In this document: piece after piece, positions 1-9,752 of the stretch
Numbering within the stretch: the first letter of the stretch is position 1
How the letters are laid out: every line of letters starts with the position of its first letter
NCBI GenBank assembly: GCA_903869825.1
Contig: CAIQAL010000003.1
Span: 3,624 to 67,623, forward strand
Reading direction: 5' to 3'
From: an uncultured bacterium
GTDB taxonomy: Bacteria > Patescibacteriota > Minisyncoccia > Phycocordibacterales > UBA9973
Length of the DNA stretch: 64,000 bases
Notes under the pieces: generated by a model
Database searches by the model: none
What the model saw: only the letters and a program-made list of their open reading frames with translations
What the model was told of the DNA's origin: nothing
Position numbers and translations under genes: made by a program

Positions 1-1
1 A

Positions 2-328
2 AGATTAAAAGAAAATTTTGAAATTTTGGAAAATTCGCTTGATCAAGATGGAAATAAATTTGAAGTAATAAAATTACCAATGCCTCACATGCATTATAAT
101 GAGGGCGATAGAGATTTCAATGGTAAGCAAGCCCCTGTTTCATATACGAATTTTTATATTGGGAACGACACTATCTTAGTTTCAATTTTTAATGATCCAA
201 ATGACGAGAAAGCAATGGAGATAATTAAAGCTTGTTTTCCGGACAGAGAAGTTGTGGGGATTGATTCAAGAGATCTTATTTATGGTGGAGGAGCGATTCA
301 TTGTATTACCCAACAGGAGCCAGTGTAA
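2..328 (+). CDS. aguA: agmatine deiminase / peptidyl-arginine deiminase family, C-terminal part (5' end outside window)
   Basis: ORF open to window edge; C-terminal motif ...IYGGGAIHCITQQEP typical of agmatine deiminase C-terminus with catalytic Cys. Confidence 0.7.
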   Translation, partial: RLKENFEILENSLDQDGNKFEVIKLPMPHMHYNEGDRDFNGKQAPVSYTNFYIGNDTILVSIFNDPNDEKAMEIIKACFPDREVVGIDSRDLIYGGGAIHCITQQEPV

Positions 329-330
329 AA

Positions 331-376
331 AACAAAGAACTCAAACCCCTTAAAAACCTTGTTCTTGGTTTTTTAC
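331..376 (+). terminator. possible intrinsic terminator after aguA (imperfect 10-bp stem, 20-nt loop, T-run)
   Basis: aacaaagaac ... gttcttggtt followed by tttttac. Confidence 0.3.
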
Positions 377-395
377 TTGTGTTATACTATTCATA

Positions 396-1345
396 ATGAA
401 ATATTCTATTAGAACTGCTGAATTTGTGAGCCCGGGACACCCGGATAAGATTTGTGACTTTATTGCAGACTCCATTTTGGATGCGTATTTAGCAAATGAC
501 AAAAATAGCCGGGTGGCGGTCGAAGTGATGGGTGGGCACAACTTGATTACCGTAAACGGGGAAATTACAAGTACCTCACATCCTGATTTTGAAAATTTAG
601 TAAAAAATATTGTGGGTCCTGATTTTAAAGTCGTTATTAATTTATCCAAACAAAGTCCCGAGATTGCAAGCGGAGTCGATACTGGTGGTGCAGGGGACCA
701 AGGAATTATGAAAGGCTATGCCACAACGGAAACTGCAAATCTAATGCCTTTGGAATATGACCTCGCGCGGAATCTTTGCCAGAAGGTATACGAAAAATAT
801 CCTTACGATGGCAAGGTGCAAGTAACTTTAAATAAAAATGAAGTTGAGACAGTAGTGGTGAGTTTTCAAAATACAAAAAATGAGGAATTATTTTTTTGGT
901 AAAAAGTATAATTTCTGCTAAAGAATATTTGATAAATCCGGCAGGCGAGTGGACGCAGGGGGGGTTCGATGCAGATACCGGTCTTTCCGGTAGAAAAATA
1001 ATTATTGATAACTACGGACCGGAGATTCCGGTCGGCGGTGGTTCTTTTTCAGGTAAAGATTACACGAAAGTTGATCGTTCTGGTGCTTACATTGCTCGCA
1101 AAATTGCAGTTGATTTTGTCAAAGCTGGAAAAGCGAAAGAAGTGTTTGTTAAATTAGCTTATGCAATAGGGAAGGCAGAACCCGTGATGGCGGTAGTAGT
1201 ACTTGATGGAGTGGAGTCAAAAATTGAAGGATACGATCTAACACCACGTGGCATAAAAAAATTATTAAATCTAGACAATGTAAAATTTGTCGAGACAGCC
1301 CAATGGGGTCACTTTGGCCGTCCCGAATTTCCTTGGGATAAATGA
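396..1345 (+). pseudogene. metK: S-adenosylmethionine synthetase, split into two ORFs (396-902 and 896-1345) by a frameshift inside a T7 homopolymer (891-897)
   Basis: N-terminal ORF has GHPDKICD and GAGDQGIMKGYA motifs; C-terminal ORF has GGGSFSGKDYTKVDRSGAY and GHFGRPEFPW motifs; the two halves align colinearly to MetK across the junction; reading 8 T instead of 7 restores one frame. Confidence 0.8.
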
Positions 1346-1346
1346 T

Positions 1347-2705
1347 TTATATTTTATTTATTTTAGGACCTTCCGCTAGATCTTTTACTTCGTAACCGAG
1401 AGAATTTATTTTACCGCGGAGATCGTCGGACTTTTTGAAATCTTTATTTTTGCGTGCAAATTCTCGTTCTTCGGCAAGTTTTTTTATTTCATCGGGAATT
1501 ATTTCTTCTTTCAAATCTGCAAAACCTAAACCTAGGACTTTATCAAAATCCAAAACTGTTGCTTTTTTGTCGGCGTTAGAAGCACTTTCGTCTTTCATCA
1601 AATCCCAAAGTAAGGTGAGGGCTCTTGGAGTATCTAAGTCATCTTGGATGAATTCAGTAAACTTTTCTTGATATTTAGCTTCTATTTCTCCTGTTGGGGT
1701 GTCCCCAAGACCCAAATAGAGTCCATATAGGCGCTTTAAGGCTGTTTCGGCACCTTCCAGTGCTTCCCAGACGAAGTTTACTCTTGTGCGGTAATTTGCC
1801 ATTAAAAGCCAAAAGCGATAGGCGACAGGACTGATGCCTTTTTCTGTAATGTCTCGCAAAGTGTAAAAATTCTTAAAAGATTTTGACATCTTTTTTTGGT
1901 CCACCAGTACCCATTCATTGTGCATCCAATATTTTACAAATTGTTTTCCGGTATAACTTTCTGATTGAGCTATTTCATTTTCATGATGAGGAAAAATATT
2001 ATCAACTCCGCCAGTATGAATGTCTATCTGTTCTCCTAAATTTTCTATGGACATCGCTGAACATTCTATATGCCAACCTGGACGTCCTTTTCCTAGCTCT
2101 GTTTGCCAAAAAACATCTCCATCTTTTTCATCATAAGCTTTCCAAAGCGCGAAATCTTGTGCGTTTTCTTTATCATATTCATCGTTGGTTATTCTGCCAG
2201 CTGCGTTTTCTTTTAATTGATCCAAGGTAACTCCGGAAAGTTGTCCGTAATTTTTAAACTTTTTAATATCAAAATAGACACTACCATCTACACTTTTATA
2301 CGCAATTTTTTTATCCAGCAAGTTTTTTACAATTTTTACCATTTTATCAATATAATCAGTCGCTTTAGTAAATTTTGTTGGCTTTAAAATATTTAATGAT
2401 TCAATATCTTTTAAAAATTCTTCAGTATAAAATTTAGTAAATTCCTTTAAGTGTTTATGCTCTTTTTGAGAATCGCGAATAGTTTTGTCATCCACGTCAG
2501 TGATGTTCATTATGTGGTTTACCTCAAATCCTGAATATAAAAGTGTTCTTTTGAGCGTGTCGGCAAAAATATAAGCTTTGTAATTGCCTATATGAGGATA
2601 GGTGTAAACAGTTGGACCACAGGAATACATCCCGACTTGTCCTTCTTTGAGCGGAATAAATTCTTCTTTCTTTCGGGTGAGCGTGTTGTAAAAATTTATA
2701 GGCAT
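1347..2705 (-). CDS. cysS: cysteinyl-tRNA synthetase
   Basis: MYSCGPTVYTYPHIGN (HIGH region) and KMSKSFKN (KMSKS) motifs; start chosen at internal ATG 2705 (MPINFYNTL) because upstream gene stop is at 2710. Confidence 0.9.
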   Translation of the reverse strand: MPINFYNTLTRKKEEFIPLKEGQVGMYSCGPTVYTYPHIGNYKAYIFADTLKRTLLYSGFEVNHIMNITDVDDKTIRDSQKEHKHLKEFTKFYTEEFLKDIESLNILKPTKFTKATDYIDKMVKIVKNLLDKKIAYKSVDGSVYFDIKKFKNYGQLSGVTLDQLKENAAGRITNDEYDKENAQDFALWKAYDEKDGDVFWQTELGKGRPGWHIECSAMSIENLGEQIDIHTGGVDNIFPHHENEIAQSESYTGKQFVKYWMHNEWVLVDQKKMSKSFKNFYTLRDITEKGISPVAYRFWLLMANYRTRVNFVWEALEGAETALKRLYGLYLGLGDTPTGEIEAKYQEKFTEFIQDDLDTPRALTLLWDLMKDESASNADKKATVLDFDKVLGLGFADLKEEIIPDEIKKLAEEREFARKNKDFKKSDDLRGKINSLGYEVKDLAEGPKINKI

Positions 2706-2709
2706 ATTT

Positions 2710-3732
2710 TTATAATACCATGCTTTGTTTATATTTTGTCTGATACATTGAAACCAAGGTGTAGAGCAAGCTAACAGAAAGAGGTCCAATCAAAAATCCA
2801 ACTGGCCCAAGCAAAGAGATTCCACCGAGCACTGAAAATAAAATAAGAAATTCCGGAATCTGAATTTTTCTTCCGACAATACTTGGGCCTAAAAAGTTAT
2901 CAATCATTCCTACCATAATTGCAGCCCAAATGAGCAAACCAATGGCTTGTGGAAAGTGTCTGGTCAAAAATAAGAAAATTATTGAGGGGATAGAAACCAA
3001 AGATGTGCCAAGAGATGGAATCAAAGACGTAAGCCCGGCAATGACTCCCCAAAGTGCTGGATTGGGCACTCCAAAAATAGCAAGCCCTAACCCCATCAAC
3101 AGTCCTTGAATTAAGGCAATCAAAAGAGAACCTTTTATGACTCCATTTACTGTTTGTTTGAATCTTTCGATTATCGTTTGATCATCTTCGTCTGGCATTG
3201 GGCTAATTAGAAGTAAAGATTTTTTCCACTCAGGTCCATCTTTTAAGAAATAGAAAATAGCTAGAATCATTAAAATAAATGAAAAGATGGTGGTAACGGT
3301 TGTACTGAAAACCTGAGCGATGTTGTTTGTTACGAGGGATATAAAACCGGATGCTTTGTCATTAAGGTTAAAGGAAATCTCACTTGGTAAAAGTTTGTTA
3401 ATTGTAGTGTTTGCTTTGTCCATAAAAGGCACGATGGTTCCATTGCTTACAATTGTACTGTAAACACTTTGAGATTGTTTGAAAACAAGTATTCCAAGCC
3501 CAAAAAGCGGTCCGCAAATAAGCAAAAGAAAGATAAATACCGTAATAAAAGATGCGAACCAGTTTGAAAACCTATGTCTTTTAAACCATTTTTGAAATGG
3601 CGATAGAATTATCGCGAAAGAAGCTCCAAGAACCAAGATTATTAAAAATGGACGAAAGATAAAAAAAGTAAAAATAAAGGCAAGAAATAATAAAACGTAG
3701 AAAAAATATCGTTCGTTGTTTTTTGTTGGCAT
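2710..3732 (-). CDS. AI-2E family transporter (UPF0118/PerM-like membrane protein)
   Basis: 8 predicted TM segments, characteristic AI-2E C-terminal core; start set at Met12 (MPTKNN) which is preceded by TGTTATAAT + 6 nt. Confidence 0.7.
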   Translation of the reverse strand: MPTKNNERYFFYVLLFLAFIFTFFIFRPFLIILVLGASFAIILSPFQKWFKRHRFSNWFASFITVFIFLLLICGPLFGLGILVFKQSQSVYSTIVSNGTIVPFMDKANTTINKLLPSEISFNLNDKASGFISLVTNNIAQVFSTTVTTIFSFILMILAIFYFLKDGPEWKKSLLLISPMPDEDDQTIIERFKQTVNGVIKGSLLIALIQGLLMGLGLAIFGVPNPALWGVIAGLTSLIPSLGTSLVSIPSIIFLFLTRHFPQAIGLLIWAAIMVGMIDNFLGPSIVGRKIQIPEFLILFSVLGGISLLGPVGFLIGPLSVSLLYTLVSMYQTKYKQSMVL

Positions 3733-3830
3733 TCGGTAATTATAACAAAATGCTTGTTCCACCACAATAAATTTTAACAGAGGAAAGGCAGGACTTGCTA
3801 TTTCAGTAAAATTAATATAATATATGACTT

Positions 3831-4148
3831 ATGGAATTTGCAGTTATAAAAACAGGCGGAAAACAATACAAAGTCTCAAAAGACAGTATTCTTTCGATTG
3901 AAAAAATTAAAGGCGAATACAAAAAAGGGGATAAACTGACTTTTGATAAAGTTTTATTAGTTGACGATGGGAAAGATACAACAATTGGAACTCCATACAT
4001 TAAAGGAGCAAAAGTTGATGCTGAAATCTTGGAAATTGGCCGAGCTCGAAAGGTGTTAGTGGTAAAATACAAGCAAAAATCTCGCTACCTTCGCCGTAAC
4101 GGACACCGCCAGCCATTCTTTAAGGTGAAAATTGGAGCAATCAAATAA
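3831..4148 (+). CDS. rplU: 50S ribosomal protein L21
   Basis: MEFAVIKTGGKQYKV... canonical L21 N-terminus, 105 aa. Confidence 0.9.
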   Translation: MEFAVIKTGGKQYKVSKDSILSIEKIKGEYKKGDKLTFDKVLLVDDGKDTTIGTPYIKGAKVDAEILEIGRARKVLVVKYKQKSRYLRRNGHRQPFFKVKIGAIK

Positions 4149-4149
4149 A

Positions 4150-4180
4150 AAAACTCTTGCTAGATTCAAGAGTTTTTTTA
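4150..4180. terminator. bidirectional intrinsic terminator between convergent rplU and recR
   Basis: perfect hairpin aaaactcttg-ctagatt-caagagtttt followed by T-run; A-run on other side. Confidence 0.6.
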
Positions 4181-4804
4181 TTGTCTATTCTTTAAGGCAT
4201 TCTTTATCGTATCATTGTCCGAATACTCAAGTTCGGTGCCAGTAGAAAGTCCGCGACCGAGGGAGGAAATTTTTATTTCAAAATTTTCGGTAATATTTTG
4301 TAATTCGTTTCTTATGTAAAGGTCGGTATGATCTCCCTGAGGATTTAGGGAAAAAGCTAATATTATCTCTTTCAATCCTTTTTCTTCTTTTTTTATTTTT
4401 CCAATCAACTCATTTACCCGTACTCTTGTTTTTGTATTTTTTTCGACAATTGGGACCAGTCCGCCGAGGACAAAATATTTTCCGTGATATGCTCTACTTT
4501 TTTGAATAGACTCCAAATCTGAATCTTTTTCGACAATCATCAGGATAGCTGAATCAATATGTTGATTTAAGCATATATCACAAACCTGCCTGCCCGCAGG
4601 CAAGCTTTTATCCTTAGAAATAAAAAATCTAAAACATTCCGGACATTGGGCAATTTCATTTTTTAGATCTTTGACCAAAAGTAGAAGATTGTCGACATAG
4701 CTTCCATTTTTTGACATCAGAAAATAAACAAAACGTCTGGCTTGCCTCTCCCCAATGCCGGGGAATTCTTTAAATATTTCAGTTAATTTATCGATAGTAT
4801 CCAT
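4178..4804 (-). CDS. recR: recombination protein RecR
   Basis: N-terminal HhH (FPGIGERQARR), C4 zinc finger CPECFRF...CDIC, Toprim-like C-terminus. Confidence 0.85.
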   Translation of the reverse strand: MDTIDKLTEIFKEFPGIGERQARRFVYFLMSKNGSYVDNLLLLVKDLKNEIAQCPECFRFFISKDKSLPAGRQVCDICLNQHIDSAILMIVEKDSDLESIQKSRAYHGKYFVLGGLVPIVEKNTKTRVRVNELIGKIKKEEKGLKEIILAFSLNPQGDHTDLYIRNELQNITENFEIKISSLGRGLSTGTELEYSDNDTIKNALKNRQ

Positions 4805-4812
4805 TTGTCTTT

Positions 4813-6213
4813 TTAAAATTCATCAAGCGAAGAACCGGCAACCTTAGGCGCAGAAAATTCACTTATGTTTGATTTTTCAAGACTGAGGAAGGTTGTCGTT
4901 TTTTCATCGAAGTATAATTCTACTTTTCCGGTTGGACCATTGCGATGTTTTTCAATCAGAATTTCAGCGATATTTGTTCTTTCGGATTCATCTTTTTGGC
5001 CTTGGCGGTCTTCTCGATGAATAAACATAACAACATCGGCATCCTGTTCAATGGAACCAGAGTCACGCAAGTCGGAAAGGCGAGGTTTGCCACCTCTCGA
5101 CTCAACCGCTCGAGAAAGCTGAGAAAGAGCAAGCACTGGGACATCGAGTTCCTTTGCAAGGCTCTTTAAAGATCTTGAAATTTCGGTCACTTGGTTTACC
5201 ATGGAATCGTAATTTTTGGAAGTGGTCATAAGTTGCAAGTAGTCGACAACAATTAGATCTAATCCCTTCTCTGCTTTTAGCCTTCGGGAAATGGCTTTCA
5301 TCCTGACGATTGAGTTTCCGGGAGTGTCATCAATATAAATTTTTGCTTTAGACAATTTATCAAGTGAATCACGTAGTTTCGAAAATTCATGATCAGCAGA
5401 CAAGCGTCCAGTTCGTAAGTTCCAAGCGTTCACTCTGGATTCGGCGGCCAACATTCTATCTACTAATTGTTGGGAGGACATTTCTAGAGAAAATATTCCT
5501 ACGGCTTTGTCATGCTTTATTGCAGCCATTCGTGCGATATCTAGAGCCAGGGTAGTTTTACCCATCGAAGGTCGGGCGGCAAGAATTATCAAATCAGATT
5601 TTTGAAGTCCAGAAAGCAGATTATCTAAATCTTTGAAACCGGTTGGAAGTCCTCGGAGTTGGTCTTTGTGTTCATGTAATTTTTCAAGTCTTTCAAAAGC
5701 TTCCGGTAATGCGTCTTTCAAGCTGGTAAATTTTTGATTTTTTGGAGAGGAAACGACACTGAATATCTTTTTCTCAGCTAAATCCAGAATGTCATCCATG
5801 TGATCTTCGCCTTCCTCAAATGCAAGCTCAGAGACATAGTCGGCCGCTTCAATCAGACTTCTTAAAATATATTTTTTTTGTACGATTCCGGCATAGTGTT
5901 TGACGTTGGTGCTTGAAGGAACGACGTTAACTATTTCAGCTAAATACTGATTGCCTCCGATTGATTCCAATACTTTTCTTTCAGCAAGCTTGCTCGAGAG
6001 CGAAAGCATATCAATTGGCTCATTCTTCATTGAGAGATCAAGCATTGATTGAAAAATAATCTTGTGTTTCTCAGCATAAAAAGAATCTGGAATAAGAATG
6101 TCTTCTATTTCGTGTATAGCGTCCTTGCGGAGCATAATAGAACCAAGTACTGCTTTTTCTGAATCAAGACTCTGAGGAGGGATACGAATGCTACCTTTCA
6201 ATGTTTTTACCAT
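4813..6213 (-). CDS. dnaB: replicative DNA helicase DnaB
   Basis: DnaB N-terminal domain (SLDSEKAVLGSIML), Walker A ARPSMGKT, RecA-like C-terminal core; 466 aa, no intein. Confidence 0.9.
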   Translation of the reverse strand: MVKTLKGSIRIPPQSLDSEKAVLGSIMLRKDAIHEIEDILIPDSFYAEKHKIIFQSMLDLSMKNEPIDMLSLSSKLAERKVLESIGGNQYLAEIVNVVPSSTNVKHYAGIVQKKYILRSLIEAADYVSELAFEEGEDHMDDILDLAEKKIFSVVSSPKNQKFTSLKDALPEAFERLEKLHEHKDQLRGLPTGFKDLDNLLSGLQKSDLIILAARPSMGKTTLALDIARMAAIKHDKAVGIFSLEMSSQQLVDRMLAAESRVNAWNLRTGRLSADHEFSKLRDSLDKLSKAKIYIDDTPGNSIVRMKAISRRLKAEKGLDLIVVDYLQLMTTSKNYDSMVNQVTEISRSLKSLAKELDVPVLALSQLSRAVESRGGKPRLSDLRDSGSIEQDADVVMFIHREDRQGQKDESERTNIAEILIEKHRNGPTGKVELYFDEKTTTFLSLEKSNISEFSAPKVAGSSLDEF

Positions 6214-6316
6214 AGATGCATTCTAGCACAACCGGGGAATAGTAAAAGTGATGAAAGTTATCAAATATGTTATTAAAATGGGGACAAAGTTTGATGAAAT
6301 ATGATATTATCATGAT
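6214..6316. promoter_or_regulatory. divergent promoter region dnaB(-)/trpS(+) with extended -10 boxes 6 nt from each ATG
   Basis: minus strand TGCTAGAAT (6220-6228) + 6 nt + dnaB ATG; plus strand TGATATTAT (6302-6310) + 6 nt + trpS ATG, weak -35 ggacaa 17 nt upstream. Confidence 0.45.
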
Positions 6317-7324
6317 ATGACTAAAGATATAAAAATTGCATTGACAGGTGACCGACCAACGGGCAGACTTCACTTGGGTCATTTTGTTGGGTCCATAGAG
6401 AACAGATTAAAACTTCAGGAAGAAGCGGACCAATCTTTTTACATGGTAGCGGATATTCAAGGATTGACCGATAATGCTGAAAATCCAGATAAAGTGCGTG
6501 AAAATGTCTTGGAAGTGGCTCTCGACAATCTCGCTTGTGGAATTGACCCAAAAAAAACGACTATGTTCATCCAATCCGAAGTACCTGAAATTGCCGAGCT
6601 GACTGTTTTGTTTTTAAATTTAGTTACCCTGGCCCGATTAAAAAGAAATCCAACAGTAAAAGATGAGATGAAACAAAAAGGATTTGGGGAAGATGTGCCC
6701 GCCGGATTTTTAGCGTACCCAATTTCTCAAGCGGCAGATATTTTATTTTGTCATGGAAATTTGATTCCAGTGGGGGAAGATCAATTGCCAGTAATCGAAC
6801 AAGCAAATGAAATTGTTTTGAAATTCAATTCACTCTATGGAGAAACGTTTCAAAAAATAAAACCGGTTATTTCGGAAACTCCACGCTTGATTGGGACAGA
6901 TGGAAATTCAAAGATGGGAAAATCACTCAACAATGGGATTTTTCTTTCCGACACAAAAGAAGAAATTTCGAAGAAGGTTATGAATATGTATACAGACCCG
7001 CGTCACATTCACGTGGAAGATCCTGGTAAAGTTGAAGGTAACGTTGTCTTCACTTATTTGGATATTTTCGATAAAAAGAAAGATGAAGTAGCGGAACTCA
7101 AAAAACAATATGAAAAGGGAGGACTTGGTGATGTCATCATAAAAAAAAGACTTATTGAAGTGTTGGAGTATGTTATTGCACCTATTCGTAAAAAGAGAGA
7201 AGAATTTGCCAAAGACCCAAAAGCGGTAATGAAAATTCTGGAAGAAGGAACTAAGGAAGCTCGAAAGATAGCCGAAGTCACAATGTCTGAAGTACGTAAA
7301 GCCATCAAAATAAACTATTTTTAA
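6317..7324 (+). CDS. trpS: tryptophanyl-tRNA synthetase
   Basis: GDRPTGRLHLGHFVG (HIGH-type) and KMGKSLNN (KMSKS) class I motifs, 335 aa. Confidence 0.9.
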   Translation: MTKDIKIALTGDRPTGRLHLGHFVGSIENRLKLQEEADQSFYMVADIQGLTDNAENPDKVRENVLEVALDNLACGIDPKKTTMFIQSEVPEIAELTVLFLNLVTLARLKRNPTVKDEMKQKGFGEDVPAGFLAYPISQAADILFCHGNLIPVGEDQLPVIEQANEIVLKFNSLYGETFQKIKPVISETPRLIGTDGNSKMGKSLNNGIFLSDTKEEISKKVMNMYTDPRHIHVEDPGKVEGNVVFTYLDIFDKKKDEVAELKKQYEKGGLGDVIIKKRLIEVLEYVIAPIRKKREEFAKDPKAVMKILEEGTKEARKIAEVTMSEVRKAIKINYF

Positions 7325-7394
7325 TCCACATTTGCGTCTTTGGGTTTTTTCATTTATAATAGGAGAAAGCCTCGAAAAAGCTTTTATTTTCGTT

Positions 7395-7661
7395 ATGGAA
7401 GAAAACAAGAATATTGGAAATAAGCCAGTAAAAGAAAAGATGGATTGGCGACCAATCATTTCTTTCTATGCCAAAACAACTGCTTGGATTTTTTTCCCTT
7501 TATTTTTTGGAGCAATCGGAGGAGGATATGTTAGTAAATCAATCGGAAGCCAAGTTATATTTTTTATTTTTGTTGTTTTTGGTTTTGTGATAACTTGTTT
7601 TGGAATTTACCGCGAGATTAAACAATACAAAAAAGGTTTAGATATAAAAGATGGAAAATAA
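7395..7661 (+). CDS. small 2-TM membrane protein directly upstream of atpB, possible ATP synthase protein I/AtpZ-like
   Basis: position at head of atp operon, two hydrophobic helices; start uncertain (ORF opens at 7332). Confidence 0.4.
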   Translation: MEENKNIGNKPVKEKMDWRPIISFYAKTTAWIFFPLFFGAIGGGYVSKSIGSQVIFFIFVVFGFVITCFGIYREIKQYKKGLDIKDGK

Positions 7662-8523
7662 TACGATACAACAAAATACGGAAATAATTCACGAAGTACC
7701 TATTTACGCAGAACCCATTTTTCACATAGGCAATTTTCAAGTTACAAATTCACTTATCACTTCCTGGGCAGCAGTTTTGGTGGTGCTTTTTTTATCACTT
7801 GTTATCAGATTAAAAATAAAAAAAATTCCTGGAAAACTTCAAAATATGTTTGAAGTTATTTTAGAAGGTGCCTTAGGATTAGTTGATCAAGTTACTAACA
7901 ACCGAAAGATATCACAAAGAATTTTTCCGTTTGTTTTTTCTTTATTTATTTTTATATTGATAAATAATTGGCTAGGACTTTTACCTATTTTTGGTTCTAT
8001 CGGATATCTAGTAAAAGAAGGAAGTACTTCAGTTTTTGTCCCTTTCTTACGTTCTGGAACTGCGGATATTAATACCACGCTCGCTCTTTCAATCATGGTG
8101 GTTATTGGATCAAATATTTTCGGAATCATGGTAATCGGAGCTTGGAAAGCTTTCAATAAATATCTCAATTTCGCCGCCTTGGGTTCAATCTTTACTACTG
8201 TTAGAAAAGATCCATCCGTCCTGATTGTTGCGCCGATTACTTTCTTCGTAGGACTCTTAGAGCTTTTGGGAGAATTCGCAAAGATTGCTTCGCTTTCTTT
8301 TCGATTATTTGGAAATGTATTTGCCGGGGAGGTGCTTCTGGCTTCAATGGCAGCGATATTTTCTTATGTTGTGCCAGGACCCTTTTTATTTTTAGAGGTT
8401 TTTGTCGGTTTAATTCAGGCATTGATTTTTAGCTTACTTACTACGGTTTACTTTACAATAGCAAGTCAGGATCATTCAGAACACGAAGAACATAAACATG
8501 AAGAAGAATTAGTAAGTGTTTAG
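7651..8523 (+). CDS. atpB: F0F1 ATP synthase subunit a
   Basis: multi-TM protein with conserved LSFRLFGNVFAGEVLL motif containing the essential Arg. Confidence 0.85.
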   Translation: MENNTIQQNTEIIHEVPIYAEPIFHIGNFQVTNSLITSWAAVLVVLFLSLVIRLKIKKIPGKLQNMFEVILEGALGLVDQVTNNRKISQRIFPFVFSLFIFILINNWLGLLPIFGSIGYLVKEGSTSVFVPFLRSGTADINTTLALSIMVVIGSNIFGIMVIGAWKAFNKYLNFAALGSIFTTVRKDPSVLIVAPITFFVGLLELLGEFAKIASLSFRLFGNVFAGEVLLASMAAIFSYVVPGPFLFLEVFVGLIQALIFSLLTTVYFTIASQDHSEHEEHKHEEELVSV

Positions 8524-8596
8524 AATTTTCATCAGAGTCGGATAAAATTATAAATTAGTCGAAAAAATTATTATTAATTATTAGTAACATCTCTAA

Positions 8597-8857
<261 letters not shown>

Positions 8858-8867
8858 TTGAAAAATT

Positions 8868-9359
8868 ATGCAAGAATTAATAACTACATTTCATATAGAC
8901 TGGAAGTTGATGATTGCACAAATCGTAAATTTTGTGCTGGTTCTTGGTCTTTTGTACTGGTTGATGGCAAAGCCTCTCAGTAAGTTGATGAGTGATAGAA
9001 CTAAGGAGATTACTGATGGACTAGACAATGCCAAAAAAGCGGAGACTGAGGTTAAAAATGCCAATCTAAAAAAAGAAGAGATAATGAAGGAAGCAAAGAA
9101 CGATGCCAAGAAAATTTTGATTGGTTCACAAGCTGATGGTAAGGAAATTATTAAAGAAGCCAAAGAAAAAGCAGATCTTGAAAAAGAAGAAATTCTCCGA
9201 CAAGCAAAACTTGACGCTGAGAAAAATAAAAAAAGCGCAGAAGAAGAAGTCCGAAAAGAAGCCGGGGAATTGGTTAAAAGTGGAGTCAGAAAAATAATTG
9301 AAGGTTATGTAGCAAGTGGTAAAGGAGAAGATATTATTAAGGCAATGTTGTCAAAGTAA
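8868..9359 (+). CDS. atpF: F0F1 ATP synthase subunit b
   Basis: single N-terminal TM then long charged coiled coil (K/E-rich), operon position. Confidence 0.8.
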   Translation: MQELITTFHIDWKLMIAQIVNFVLVLGLLYWLMAKPLSKLMSDRTKEITDGLDNAKKAETEVKNANLKKEEIMKEAKNDAKKILIGSQADGKEIIKEAKEKADLEKEEILRQAKLDAEKNKKSAEEEVRKEAGELVKSGVRKIIEGYVASGKGEDIIKAMLSK

Positions 9360-9360
9360 A

Positions 9361-9735
9361 ATGATAAAGTCAAAACAATTAGCAAAAGCCATTTTTGAAT
9401 TAGCGGAAGAAAATACCACAAATCTTGATGCGAAGTTTTTTGACTTTATTGACAGCAGGAATTTAAGAGCCCAATTGCCCTCAATTCTTTACCACTTGGA
9501 GAAGATAACGGAACTTGAACGTGAGAAAAAAGGAATTGTAATAGAAACAGCACACGAAATAAAGCACGATACGATAAAAAATATAAAAACATTTTTGAGT
9601 GCAAGTGAATTACCAGAAGTATTAAAAATAAAAAAAGAATTAGTAGGAGGATTCCGGGCCAAGTGGCAAGGAGCTGTTTATGATTCAAGCATCGAAACAG
9701 GATTAAAAAAATTGGAAGAAATTATTATTAGATAA
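9361..9735 (+). CDS. atpH: F0F1 ATP synthase subunit delta, short form (~124 aa)
   Basis: operon position between atpF and atpA; N-terminal LAKAIFELAEEN resembles OSCP N-terminus; shorter than canonical ~175-aa delta. Confidence 0.6.
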   Translation: MIKSKQLAKAIFELAEENTTNLDAKFFDFIDSRNLRAQLPSILYHLEKITELEREKKGIVIETAHEIKHDTIKNIKTFLSASELPEVLKIKKELVGGFRAKWQGAVYDSSIETGLKKLEEIIIR

Positions 9736-9752
9736 CATTATAAAGAAAAATT

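Noticed and set aside
329-395. SAM riboswitch upstream of metK
   Set aside because: Only ~67 nt separate aguA and metK, which is too short for an S-box. The region is occupied by a terminator-like hairpin and the extended -10 box.
1435-2230. Several 60-115-aa ORFs antisense to cysS; similar antisense ORFs occur inside dnaB, atpA, atpD, carB, purL, topA and others
   Set aside because: They are embedded in and antisense to strongly supported conserved genes, have low-complexity composition and show no start signals.
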